Shown one piece after another: positions 40,758 through 53,079 of a stretch of 64,000 nucleotides of DNA. The stretch spans positions 930,001 through 994,000 of the forward strand of contig NIVC01000023.1 in the NCBI GenBank assembly GCA_002269645.1, given 5' to 3'. Positions within the stretch are counted from its first letter, which is position 1; each line of letters begins with the position of its first letter. This DNA comes from Macrostomum lignano (lineage: Eukaryota). Position numbers and translations under genes: made by a program. Under the pieces are notes generated by a model that was not told the DNA's origin, made no database searches, and saw only the letters and a list, made by a program, of their open reading frames with translations.

Positions 40758-41339
40758 TCAAGCCGAGTTGGATTCTTTCAGCTCGTTAAATGGAATTGTT
40801 TCGTCCGGTGGATTTGTGCTCGTTGGATGAGCATGGCTACCATTATTTCGTACATCTAGGTTAGTTGAACTTCTGGACCGATATTGCCGATAAACTACTG
40901 GTAAGACTAGCTTTAGTCCTAGCCCGATAGCGAGAACAATGATGACAATAGCAAGTGGTACTAAAATTTTACCAATTGTTGACCGATGTGACAGCTCAGA
41001 CGAATCATTGCTAACCGAGCCGGAAGTATTTGAGAACGGCAAAGACGTTGTAGCCGGCAGATCGGTAGTACTACCGGTATGAGCAAAATTAATAGACTCA
41101 TTGCAGCAGCCAAGCTTGAAAACCTTACTGCAAATTGCTTTGCTAATTGCAGATTGATTCCAACAAGGTTCGCAGCTTTGACACGTTTTATCCTGGCCAT
41201 AGTAACTGCGATTAGCAGAGCATCTCGTCTCATTACATGGGTCGTTAGGCGGCATTATTATTGTCGAAATTGTGTTTACAACGCAAAATGACAGCCATAG
41301 GCAAATATAGATCGTTAGAAACAGCCATTTTAGAGGCAT
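40758..41339 (-). CDS. Type I single-pass membrane protein with small Cys-rich ectodomain, paralog B
   Basis: Signal peptide MPLKWLFLTIYICLWLSFCVVNT; CSANRSYYGQDKTCQSCEPCW aligns with paralog A CILNASYCSVNNTCESCDTCW; Ser/Thr stalk; TM ILVPLAIVIIVLAIGLGLKLVLPVVY followed by basic residues. Intronless ORF of 193 aa. Confidence 0.7.
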   Translation of the reverse strand: MPLKWLFLTIYICLWLSFCVVNTISTIIMPPNDPCNETRCSANRSYYGQDKTCQSCEPCWNQSAISKAICSKVFKLGCCNESINFAHTGSTTDLPATTSLPFSNTSGSVSNDSSELSHRSTIGKILVPLAIVIIVLAIGLGLKLVLPVVYRQYRSRSSTNLDVRNNGSHAHPTSTNPPDETIPFNELKESNSA

Positions 41340-41931
41340 AATTGTTCTTCGTACTGATCAATTAGCGCAGCATGAATGTAATAGAAGGCAAGCAGTTAAA
41401 TCCCACATACCGCTGACCGCTGAGCACACACAAGCTCACGCAGAGTATAAAGCGGCCTTGACTTTAGATTCTTAATTATCTTTAGACATCGAGAAGACAT
41501 TAGCCTACTACCCACAAACAGCGCTGACGGCACAAACAAGCGGGGGCCAATGCTGTTGTCCCTCGTAAAAACCTAATTTATTCAAGCTACAGGTGATAAT
41601 TTGTTAGACTGGTAGATTGAAAATGAGAAACAACAACAAAAAAACAAGCTCAATAGGACAAGAAAAATGCACAAGCAAGAAGTTACTTTGCTAGCACACA
41701 GAAAGCAAAGCTACTAGCTGCAATACCAATTAGTAGGTTATTATATTTCAGGTCAACTTTTTGATACAGCAGCGCACTGCAAGAATTCGACAAAAACTGC
41801 ACAAACTTAACTGTGCAACAGTGTCAAAAGAACATTGATTATAATTGTCAAACTTTCTTTTTTGGTTTTTAGAATTCTTCATTCAATGACGCAGTTGGGT
41901 CTGCACAGTAAAGAAAGCTAATTTACAGCTG

Positions 41932-42630
41932 TCAAACCCTGCTACTACTACTGGCAGTAGTGCGAGCCAATCGTTTCACAGTTCTCAGCTTGTCGTGCAA
42001 TTTAACGTAGGCCTGGGCGCCGTCACGCCCACCGGCGCTCCGACGGACTCCGCAACGACCATTAAATCGGTCCTGACGAAATGCTTGAGCAGTTGAGCAC
42101 TTGCTAGCTAGATAGACTTGGCCGGGATCTCGAATGTACTGCACAGAGCCGTCGCTACTTTGAGCTACTAGAGGCCGAGGCGGCTTGGCCCTATTAACAG
42201 AATCAGATCGAATCGGTATAAAATCGGGCAACGGATCCACCGGTTTGCGTTTGAAACTGCCAATAAAATCGGCTTCATCATCTGACGGAGGCTGGATAGT
42301 AATCGGCTTCGGTTTCTTCATCAATCTATTAGATTCTTGCCTGTCCCGCCTGCGAGCTCGCATCACCTGTTTGGCATTGTTGCCAACTGCCAGTTGTTCG
42401 CGCTGCTTTGCGGCGCTATCGATGGCGAGTTGGCGCGCGGCGCCAAACGAAACAGCGGTAGGCGGCGCTTCGTCTGAGTCGGCGTCGGAATTAGAGTCGA
42501 AATCGTATTCTTTCGGTTCCGGGTCTGTTTTCTTTATTGATGTTTCTTTCCTCTTGCCCATATTTTCTGGTTTCTGTTGTTGGTTTTTCTTTTTCTGATA
42601 CATTTTTAGCGCCTGCTTAACTGGTGCCAT
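41932..42630 (-). CDS. NOL7/U3 snoRNP-associated-like nucleolar protein; start may be downstream ATG (MYQKKK)
   Basis: DSDEAPPTAVSFGAARQ followed by a basic helix (KQVMRARRRDRQE) resembles NOL7 DDEAPEELTFASAQ...KEKRKRREE. C-terminal TAQAFRQDRFNG resembles the NUC129 region. Similarity judged by eye. Confidence 0.55.
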   Translation of the reverse strand: MAPVKQALKMYQKKKNQQQKPENMGKRKETSIKKTDPEPKEYDFDSNSDADSDEAPPTAVSFGAARQLAIDSAAKQREQLAVGNNAKQVMRARRRDRQESNRLMKKPKPITIQPPSDDEADFIGSFKRKPVDPLPDFIPIRSDSVNRAKPPRPLVAQSSDGSVQYIRDPGQVYLASKCSTAQAFRQDRFNGRCGVRRSAGGRDGAQAYVKLHDKLRTVKRLARTTASSSSRV

Positions 42631-42711
42631 TGGATCATGAAGTTAGTTGAAGCCCATTACGATGAATTTATTGCTTTATGCTTTCATAGATCCACAAAAT
42701 GCTTTTATAAC

Positions 42712-44322
42712 TGGATTGCTAGTCTATCACTAACTGAATTAATTGCTAGTCTATCACTGACTGAATGGATTGCTAGTCTATCACTGACTGAATGGATTGC
42801 TAGTCTATCACTGACTGAATGGATTGCTAGTCTATCACTGACTGAATGGATTGCTAGTCTATCACTGACTGAATGGATTGCTAGTCTATCACTGACTGAA
42901 TGGATTGCTAGTCTATCACTAACTGAATGGATTGCTAGTCTATCACTGACTGAATGGATTGCTAGTCTATCACTGACTGAATGGATTGCTAGTCTATCAC
43001 TGACTGAATGGATTGCTAGTCTATCACTGACTGAATGGATTGCTAGTCTATCACTGACTGAATGGATTGCTAGTCTATCACTGACTGAATGGATTGCTAG
43101 TCTATCACTGACTGAATGGATTGCTAGTCTATCACTGACTGAATGGATTGCTAGTCTATCACTAACTGAATGGATTGCTAGTCTATCACTAACTGAATGG
43201 ATTGCTAGTCTATCACTGACTGAATGGATTGCTAGTCTATCACTGACTGAATGGATTGCTAGTCTATCACTGACTGAATGGATTGCTAGTCTATCACTGA
43301 CTGAATGGATTGCTAGTCTATCACTGACTGAATGGATTGCTAGTCTATCACTAACTGAATGGATTGCTAGTCTATCACTGACTGAATGGATTGCTAGTCT
43401 ATCACTGACTGAATGGATTGCTAGTCTATCACTGACTGAATGGATTGCTAGTCTATCACTGACTGAATGGATTGCTAGTCTATCACTGACTGAATGGATT
43501 GCTAGTCTATCACTGACTGAATGGATTGCTAGTCTATCACTAACTGAATGGATTGCTAGTCTATCACTAACTGAATGGATTGCTAGTCTATCACTGACTG
43601 AATGGATTGCTAGTCTATCACTGACTGAATGGATTGCTAGTCTATCACTGACTGAATGGATTGCTAGTCTATCACTGACTGAATGGATTGCTAGTCTATC
43701 ACTGACTGAATGGATTGCTAGTCTATCACTAACTGAATGGATTGCTAGTCTATCACTGACTGAATGGATTGCTAGTCTATCACTGACTGAATGGATTGCT
43801 AGTCTATCACTGACTGAATGGATTGCTAGTCTATCACTGACTGAATGGATTGCTAGTCTATCACTGACTGAATGGATTGCTAGTCTATCACTAACTGAAT
43901 GGATTGCTAGTCTATCACTGACTGAATGGATTGCTAGTCTATCACTGACTGAATGGATTGCTAGTCTATCACTGACTGAATGGATTGCTAGTCTATCACT
44001 GACTGAATGGATTGCTAGTCTATCACTGACTGAATGGATTGCTAGTCTATCACTAACTGAATGGATTGCTAGTCTATCACTGACTGAATGGATTGCTAGT
44101 CTATCACTAACTGAATGGATTGCTAGTCTATCACTGACTGAATGGATTGCTAGTCTATCACTGACTGAATGGATTGCTAGTCTATCACTGACTGAATGGA
44201 TTGCTAGTCTATCACTGACTGAATGGATTGCTAGTCTATCACTGACTGAATGGATTGCTAGTCTATCACTGACTGAATGGATTGCTAGTCTATCACTGAC
44301 TGAATGGATTGCTAGTCTATCA
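42712..44322. repeat. 27-bp minisatellite (TGGATTGCTAGTCTATCACT[G/A]ACTGAA), ~60 units
   Basis: Visible directly; very homogeneous. Confidence 0.97.
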
Positions 44323-44790
44323 TCTTTACCTGATTTATCACAAAATATAGACTGCTACATCAGGCAACAAATCAAAAGAGCAAACGCATACGTATGATAA
44401 TAAGCAAGTGTATATTGTAAAAATTTGATATTTGCAAGACTAAAATAGCAGTAAATATCAAGCAAAGCACGGGACACGGGAGGTTCAAAGATTATTCTAA
44501 AAGAAGACACGTCAATGAAAACTTCAAGATACAGAGGAAATCAACAGTTCGAAAATGAACTGATGAAGATCGCACGCCAATCAATAATATTGAGTTTTAG
44601 CTAATAGCAGTTAATCGTCAGTGACTGAACTCCTCAAAATGCTAGATATTAGGCAGCAAATCAATTTGATATCAAAACTAATTCAAAAAAAATTTACAAA
44701 GCAAGCGAAGCAAATGTTTTTAAAAGGTGATTTAATCGACCAGGATTTCCTGGAAATAAAAGCTTTCTTTTAACTTGGCTTTTTAAAAAT

Positions 44791-47767
44791 TCATTTTTTC
44801 GATTTCTTTTTGGCCGCAATCTTAGCGACGGTCTCGTAAACCGACTCGATGAGCTGGGCGTGAATCCAGTCTCGCTTGGGGCTGCACGGGCGCAGGTGGT
44901 TGGTCAGGTAGGCCATGGTGACCGAGTGCTCCAGGTCCGACCACACCAGCTGGCCGCCGAATCCCAGGTGGCCAATCATGGTGGAGCCCTGGAATTTTGC
45001 GAATTGAGCGTACGGGGTTTCTGTTGGCGATGCTATTCCGAGGCTGGCCCAGCAACTGAGGATCTGGGAGGCTGGCCCAGCAACTGAGGATCTGGGAGGC
45101 TGGCCCAGCAACTGAGCATCTTGGAGGCTGGCCCAGCAACTGAGCATCTTGGAGGCTGGCCCAGCAACTGAGGATCTGGGAGGCTGGCCCAGCAACTGAG
45201 GATCTGGGAGGCAGATGGCCCAGCAACTGACACTCTGGGAGGCTGGCCCAGCAACTGAGGATCTGGGAGGCTGGCCCAGCAACTGAGGATCTGGGAGGCT
45301 GGTGGCCCAGCAACTGAGGATCTGGGAAGCTGGCCAAGCAACTGAGGATCTGGGAAGCTGGCCAAGCAACTGAGGATCTGGGAAGCTGGCCAAGCAACTG
45401 AGGATCTGGGAAGCTGGCCAAGCAACTGAGGATCTGGGAAGCTGGCCAAGCAACTGAGGATCTGGGAGGCAGATGGCCCAGCAACTGACACTCTGGGAGG
45501 CTGGCCCAGCAACTGACACTCTGGGAGGCTGGCCCAGCAACTGACACTCTGGGAGGCTGGCCCAGCAACTGAGGATCTGGGAGGCTGGCCCAGCAACTGA
45601 GGATCTGGGAGGCTGGCCCAGCAACTGACACTCTGGGAGGCTGGCCCAGCAACTGAGGATCTGGGAGGCTGGCCCAGCAACTGAGGATCTGGGAGGCTGG
45701 CCCAGCAACTGACACTTTGGGAGGCTGGCCCAGCAACTGAGGATCTGGGAGGCTGGCCCAGCAACTGAGGATCTGGGAGGCTGGCCCAGCAACTGAGGAT
45801 CTGGGAGGCTTGCCCATCAACTGAGGATCTGGGAGGCTGGCCCAGCAACTGAGGATCTGGAGGCTGGCCCAGCAACTGAGGATCTGGGAGGCTTGCCCAG
45901 CAACTGAGGATCTAACGGAGAGGGTGTCTTTGCACCATCGAATGTCGCTCAGCAACTCACCAAAGGCGATCGCCTGACAAAGAATCCAGCATTGACAGTG
46001 ACTGGGAGCCCATTTCCGGGATCGAAGTCGGTACTAACAGTCAGATTCGAATCGAACAAGCCGGCTAAAGTATGGGGTCCAATGATCCTCTTCCCATCGA
46101 TTGTCCCATTGCTGGCGATCAGGGAAAACAGCCTGGCTAAACTAGCGGCATTGGTAACGAGATTGACGCTGGAAAATGGCAGGGCAGCGACATCCGGGTC
46201 GTTCAATCGGTACAGGTAGACATCGGTGTCAATCACTTCGAATGACATCAGATAGCCAATTTTAGTCAGCCCCGGTCTCAAGTAGCTGTTCAGAGCGTCA
46301 ATGTCGAGCGTGAGCAGCTGGGCCAGCAGATTCCAGCCGATGGAGAAGTGCACCCGGGCTAGGCGGTAGAACTGGTAGCGGGACAGGCCGATGTAAGCTT
46401 CCACGCCTGCGGCGGGTCCAGGTTATGCTATTTTATAGTAAATTCTTATCCACTATAATAGGGCTTTGTGATTTGAGCTCTGATGTGCCAGCGGCCCAGG
46501 CTCGATTCCAAGTGCAGTCGCATTAATTTGGGGCTAAATTGGAATCTCGGCTTGGCTCTGTTCGTGCAATTAACGCTTGGCAAAACTCCCAGTCAATACC
46601 CCCAATAACTAGATAGGCCACTCAGCACATTTGCATGCAAGCTACTTTTAATTCAGTAGTTAGTTAAGCAGAAGCATTTTAAGGTATTTTTAAAGTCAAG
46701 GCTCATTTATTACCCCTAGTTCAAAACCCTTTAACCGCGCCTTTGCACGGGGATCACAAACCCGAAAAATCACAACTCCAAAAAGCGCTTTCAATCATAA
46801 ACCCGAAATATCATAAACCCGAAATATCACAAACCCGAGATATCACAACTCCAAAAGATCTAGCAATGTCCAACACTGTTATGGTTTTCGGAGCTATGAT
46901 ATTTCGGGTTTATGATGGGCGTTGCTAACACTTTCGGAGTTATGATATTTCGGGTTTATGATGGGCGTTGCTAACACTTTCGGAGTTATGATATTTCGGG
47001 TTTATGATGGGCGTTGCTAACACTTTCGGAGTTATGATATTTCGGGTTTGTGATATTTCAGGTTTATGATACTTCAGGTTTATGATGGGAAGTGCTTTTG
47101 GAGTTGTGATTTTTTGGGTTTATGATGGGCAATGGTATTTTGTTTTTCGGAGTTATGATATTTCGGGTTTGTGATATTTTGGGTTTATGATGGGAAGTGC
47201 TTTCGGAACTGTGATTTTTCGGGTTTATGATGGCGACCCCTTTCCACACAACCCTCCCCGCCCCAATTTTTATTGCCTTTATCAGAATTCCAGCCTAAAG
47301 CAGCCATGCACATTTCAGAAATATCTCATAGAAAAGTACTCTTTAAACTATTGCAGCAAAAACCGTTTGGAGAAAGAAATAGAATTCAAGTTGACACAAC
47401 TAATTTAACTAGAAAGTGACCGAATTCCGAACAGAGTCTCATTCATTCTATAAGCCCCCTAAGTGTTCTCAAACTGAGCGCCAATTAGCCTCAATTGAAA
47501 TTGCATTTGCTTGGGGTGGGAAACTTGTTTAATAAAAAATGGACACTACTAAACACAAATAAACAAAAATTCAAGCTCGAGCACTGGTTAGGCTCGTCAA
47601 TCTCTGAGCACTTACTGGCGGGCTTGGCGATCTCCTCGTGAAAGTACTGATCGATTGACCGGCCCTTTGGATCGATGCGGCGGATTAGCTGGTCAGCGTA
47701 CAGGCCGAATGTGAGACCGTGGTAGGCGACTGTGCCTGCCGTGCGGGGCGGCTGGGGCGGCTGAGTC

Positions 47768-47824
<57 letters not shown>

Positions 47825-47923
47825 GGCAGGCAGACAGGCAGACAGGCAGACAGACAGACAGACAGACAGGCAGGCAGACAGGCAGACAAACAGACAGACA
47901 GACAGACAGCCAGCCAGACAGCC

Positions 47924-47958
<35 letters not shown>

Positions 47959-49698
47959 GACAGACAGACAGACAGACAGGCAGACAGACAGACAGACAGA
48001 GACAGACAGACAGACAGACAGGCAGACAGACCGATAAAGTTTGACTCGCAGCTAACAGTTTTATAGAACGGCCAAAGAGCACACCAGAACCAGATTCAGC
48101 CAAAAATGAAATGATACAGTGGAAACAAAAAAGACACAACGAGAAAGTTCAGCTGAATAAACTTTCAGCTTCAAAAAAATCTAACGTTCTTTTAAAATTC
48201 AAGTATCAAATCTGCATAAATTCTAGAATTTACTTCCAAACGGACTTTGCATTTTTTATGAAAAAAACACACAGCTGTCAATCATGAAATGAAACTCATT
48301 CGACTCATACATGTAGTTACTGGTAGTTTTAACTATAGACTGATATGATTGCAAAATAATAATCCGTTTATATAATCTTCTGTTAGTAGAACTCTATACA
48401 ACATATATAAAATCTAACGTCAACAGAAATGAATTTTTGGACAGTCAGTACAGCTTTAATAGACACAAGCTTGGGTGTTTATCCGGCAGAATAAACCATC
48501 AGATAAACATACATCTGAAGTTAATTCCCAGTTTTAACGGTGCGGGCACGCGCCGAAATTCTCTATATTCATATTTTACGCTCATATTCTTTAGTTAACT
48601 TAATAATATTTATTTTGTAAATTTTGTGAACTTCACTGCCCGATTATAATGATGCAGATATTTCAATACATGAAAAGGAAGTTTTAATGACTGATTCGCT
48701 AAAGGCTGACAGACTGAATGGCATTCAATCCTGTATAACTCTTTTTCACTGTGCGGAAAGCATCTGGATTATATATTCTTAAATAGAGTTACCAATAATA
48801 AACACACTAATTTTAGCTACAGACACACACTTGGTAAAACATGCACTTTTAGCCATAGACACCTTTAGCTATAAACACAGCTATTGACATTATTGGATAA
48901 AGACCCACTTGGCCTTCAAACACACTAATGACCATAAACACCCTTAAGCATGTACAGACTAATGGCCATAGACACCCTTACGATGAACAGACTAATGGCC
49001 ATAGACACCCTTACGATGAACAGACTAATGGCCATAGACACCCTTACGATGAACAGACTAATGGCCATAGACACCCTTACGATGAACACACTAATGGCTA
49101 TATACAACTTCGGCCATAGACACCTTAGTCATGGACACACTTGTGGCCATAGACACCCTTAGTTATAGACACAGTAATGACCATAGACAACTTTGGCCAT
49201 AGACAATCTTGGCCATAAAACTTTTGGCCATAGCCACACTTGGTCAGGCACTTGAAGTATATCTTACCAAGAGGCAGAGCGGGTTTCTGCTTAGCCAATA
49301 TTTCAGCCACCACCGGCGCATTCTCAGCGATCTCAGAAAACGTTAATCGCCTATCTAAGCCGACTAATCCGGCCTAAAAGTTAGAAAAAGGGACAGGTGA
49401 GACTCTTGAATTTGAGTTCAATGCATGCTGAGAATAAAAGTATAAAGTTCTTCTATATAAACTGTTTCTTCAAATGCCTGATGGTACACCTGGAATTCAA
49501 GTGCGATACATTATTCGACTATTTTTAAATGTTTATTTTTCCAAAGCCTAAAAATTTCACTTCTACATTAGGTTTAGGTTACGAAGAATTTTAGGTAAGC
49601 TTAGTTTAGGTAAGCGCTGCTGTGTATGGACCTGTTGGCTGCCGGTTAACTGTCACTCACAGAGATCTATATGATCTATATATGTGACATATCTATCC

Positions 49699-49753
<55 letters not shown>

Positions 49754-49754
49754 C

Positions 49755-49808
<54 letters not shown>

Positions 49809-49809
49809 A

Positions 49810-49856
<47 letters not shown>

Positions 49857-49857
49857 A

Positions 49858-49932
<75 letters not shown>

Positions 49933-49957
49933 ATCTATCTATCTATCTATCCATCTA

Positions 49958-50017
<60 letters not shown>

Positions 50018-50491
50018 AATCAATCGCAGGGCACAGACCTGATGCGACAGCAGCTGCCGCAGGGTGATGCTCTCTTTGCCGGCCTGGCCGAACTCGGGCC
50101 AGTACTTGGCCACCGGCTCGCTATAGTTAGCGAAGCCCCGGTCCACCAGCTGGGCCAGACAGAGAGCCGCCACGGCTTTGCAAATAGACATGCCGTAAGC
50201 CAGCGTGGTGTGAGACCAAGGCACCAGGTAATCCAAGTCCCGGTAACCTGCGGTCATTTCCAGCACCGCTTCGCCTTTAAAGTACACGGCGAAACCGGCC
50301 CCGGATTCCGAACGGCTCTCAATTATTTGTTTAAATCGGCGAGCTACAGGTCGAAAATCGTGCGACGAACTGCCGTCCATTACTAGGGGCGGTTGTAAAT
50401 AGCGTCGGTTGACGTAATAGGAAACGGTTGCTATGACAACAAGTACTAAGGCGGCTTTGGCTAAACCGGAATTCAAGTGTAGAATTGACAT
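44791..50491 (-). CDS. Serine beta-lactamase/PBP-fold hydrolase with N-terminal membrane anchor, ~440 aa; exons 50491-50039, 49373-49268, 47735-47616, 46406-45961, 44988-44791
   Basis: GAGFAVYFKGE, catalytic SxxK (GMSICK), VAKYWPEF..AGKE.ITLRQLLSHQ|AGL, VAYHGLTFG, IGHLGFGGQ..W.D....T.AYLTN. Four phase-compatible GT-AG introns; exons sum to 1323 nt. Confidence 0.9.
45040..45915. repeat. 28-bp minisatellite (GGGAGGCTGGCCCAGCAACTGAGGATCT), last intron of the beta-lactamase-like gene
   Basis: Visible directly. Confidence 0.95.
46477..46577 (+). mobile_element. 5'-truncated copy of SINE family 2
   Basis: Near-identical to 21012-21112, including B box GGCTCGATTCC. Confidence 0.7.
46749..47240. 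mobile_element. Foldback/MITE-like element with long, internally repetitive inverted arms
   Basis: Left arm GGGGATCACAAACCCGAAAAATCACAACTCC... matches the reverse complement of the right end ...GTGATTTTTCGGGTTTATGATGGCGACCCC. Flanks TTTGCAC / TTTCCAC resemble a 7-9-bp TSD with one mismatch. Confidence 0.7.
47765..48030. repeat. (CAGA)n microsatellite, beta-lactamase-like intron 2
   Basis: Visible directly. Confidence 0.95.
48945..49215. repeat. 33-bp minisatellite (CAGACTAATGGCCATAGACACCCTTACGATGAA) with degenerate flanks, intron 2
   Basis: Visible directly. Confidence 0.85.
49690..50020. repeat. (TCTA)n microsatellite, beta-lactamase-like intron 1
   Basis: Visible directly. Confidence 0.95.
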
Positions 50492-50599
50492 TTTTGTTTA
50501 AATTAATAACCAAATTTTACATGAAATATTGAATAGAATCGGTTAATGGTAAAATCATGACAAGTCACGCATACGGTACCTTAAATCAGATTTTATCAC

Positions 50600-51050
50600 C
50601 AGGAATACCTCTAACCTCTTCACAGCCTTTTGATTCTTACTAAAAAAATCTTTCTCTTTTACCAAAATAGATCTAAGCGTTAGTCTAATAGCGATCAATC
50701 ACGCCAAAAATCAATATACCATTCTTAACGATTCTCAAAGAGACTAAACTCCTAGAGCTGCAGCACTAAATAAAGTATTGAATGTACTTTTTAGTACAGC
50801 ACTAGAAATCTTTATCTTGACTGTATAATGAATAGTCTTCTACCAGGCAAAACCTTGACCAATCAGTCACTTGTAAGCAAGACAAACAAAAGGCGGTCAC
50901 GAAGATCAAGAAGAGGACTAAAATCCTTACTAAGATTTTTAATTAATTTTATTAATCCACTGCTAGGATTCTAGATAAGACTAGACGATTTCTTTTATCA
51001 GATTTCCCATTCCAAGCAGCATGGAATGCTGTTCGATAGACATTTGGAAC
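50600..51050 (-). mobile_element. Possible heavily decayed non-LTR retrotransposon RT fragment
   Basis: Minus frame from 51010 reads LIKEIV*SYLES*QWINKIN*KS**GF, reminiscent of the CR1/L2 RT segment ..YLE.N.L....Q.GFR with stops at expected Gln/Arg codons. Weak, by-eye similarity. Confidence 0.3.
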
Positions 51051-51317
51051 AGCTTCATCAGCAGGGGAATTATTGAAAGCAGAGCCGGAGGTCGCATCAA
51101 ATTCAAAGACTATTCTTTCTCTCTTAATTCATTTTCGCAATCCTCTATCTAACATGCCCCCACTGCCCATTCTGCTGACTGCTGAGCACAATGCAAGCGC
51201 GCCAATACTGCATACGCAGGCAAGCATTCATACACGCTCACATAGGGTGTACAGCAGCCCTTTGACTTTCGAATAGGTCAGGCATGTACACTCTATGTGC
51301 CTTGGGAGTCGGCCTCA

Positions 51318-51350
<33 letters not shown>

Positions 51351-51405
51351 CAGTAGTAGTAATAGCAGTAGTAGTAGCAGTAGTAGTAATAGTAGCAGTA
51401 GTAGC

Positions 51406-51449
<44 letters not shown>

Positions 51450-51504
51450 CAGTAGTAGTAATAGTAGTAGTAGTAGCAGTAGTAGTAATAGTAGCAGTAG
51501 TAGC

Positions 51505-51536
<32 letters not shown>

Positions 51537-51603
51537 CAGTAGTAGTAGCAGTAGTAGTAATAGTAGTAGTAGTAGCAGTAGTAGTAATAGTAGCAGTAGT
51601 AGC

Positions 51604-51635
<32 letters not shown>

Positions 51636-51678
51636 CAGTAGCAGTAGCAGTAGTAGTAGTAGTAGCAGTAGTACTAGC

Positions 51679-51724
<46 letters not shown>

Positions 51725-51931
51725 ATAGTAGTAGTAGTAGCAGTAGTAGTAGTAATAGTAGCAGTAGTAGCAGTAGTAGCAGTAGTAGTAGTAGTAGTAG
51801 CAGTAGTAGTAGCAGTAGTAGTAGTAGTAGCAGTAGTACTAGCAGTAGTAGTAGTAGTAGTAGTAGTAGTAATAGTAGTAGTAGTAGCAGTAGTAGTAGT
51901 AGTAGTAGTAATAGTAGTAGTAGTAGCAGTG

Positions 51932-51968
<37 letters not shown>
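51318..51968. repeat. (AGT)n trinucleotide microsatellite with AGC/AAT interruptions
   Basis: Visible directly; source of the poly-Val and poly-Ser ORFs. Confidence 0.97.
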
Positions 51969-51970
<2 letters not shown>

Positions 51971-53079
51971 CAAGAAAAACCTAACCGTAGTATATAAGTT
52001 TATCTATTTAAACTTCATTTCCAGACACTTGCAATTTTTAGCAATCCATGAGCCCAGCGCCGTGGGGGCGGGTGTTGGTTGCGGGTACCGCCCGACTTAT
52101 ACAAACAAAGATCTTCCCCACAGCAAATTCCGCCTACCCAAATCTTGACAATCCAAATCAAACCGCAAGACTCGTCCCCTCTTATGCCTACAATCAAAAC
52201 GCAAATGTCATCGCCTATTCCTAATCCAGCCCACAGACTGCACGACAAATACCGTACAGACCAGCAGATTAAACTATATAGAACGCAAGCACCTACTGCA
52301 TGGGGTCAAGCCGATAAACTCCATATATACACTGACTGAAACCAAATAGATCACAAGCAGATAAGCCTAGAACCAATGTGACTCTGCTGCACTATTCTGT
52401 ATAGTTGGTACGAGTACTAATATTATTCAACATTTAGCTCGTACTATATAGCAAAGAAAAACAGAAAAGTTGATCAAGCTTATTTTTCATCCGCGTACTA
52501 ACCCCGACCTAGATTAAACTTAATTCTAATCTCAATTTATAGATTATAGATATCAGATGGTGTATGGGGTGTCGGATTCTTTATTAGCTCAAAAACATAT
52601 TTTTTGAGTATGGGGTTGTTAGAAGCAGGTTAACGCGTCTGACTCTGTGAGCGTTTGTGTGCGAAGGAGTCAGCAGAATGTGTACAGATTATAGATGTTG
52701 ACTAGCAATCTAGTGCCCCCGTTCAGGGCGGCCAATAAGCAAGGAGCAAAAATTAATAATGCAATTCCATTAAAAAAGCACATATTACTTTTTCAGTTTT
52801 ACAAATCACCTTATTTGAGTAATTTTGTCACGAACAAATATGTTTGCTATGAATCTCTTTTCCATAAGTACAGTAAGAAAAGGACATAGCAAAATGAAGC
52901 CTTCAGAAAAATAACAGGCATTCCTCTAAATAGAAAGCATCCCACAGACAGCAAGCCCCTAACCCTAACCCTATACATACCCCAAAATAGCAAGCACTCC
53001 CAGATAGCAGGCATCTCTGGATAGAAAGAATCCCTAGATAGCTAGCACCCCCCACCGAGAGCAAGCATCTATCGATAGA

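Noticed and set aside
44822-45955. 280-377-aa ORFs with ASQILSCW repeats
   Set aside because: Translation of the 28-bp intronic array; only 44791-44988 is a true exon.
52240-52339. RNase H-like start (KLHIYTD)
   Set aside because: A stop follows immediately and no other RNase H or RT motifs are in frame.
52957-52973. Interstitial telomeric repeat (CCCTAA)
   Set aside because: Fewer than three units; expected by chance.
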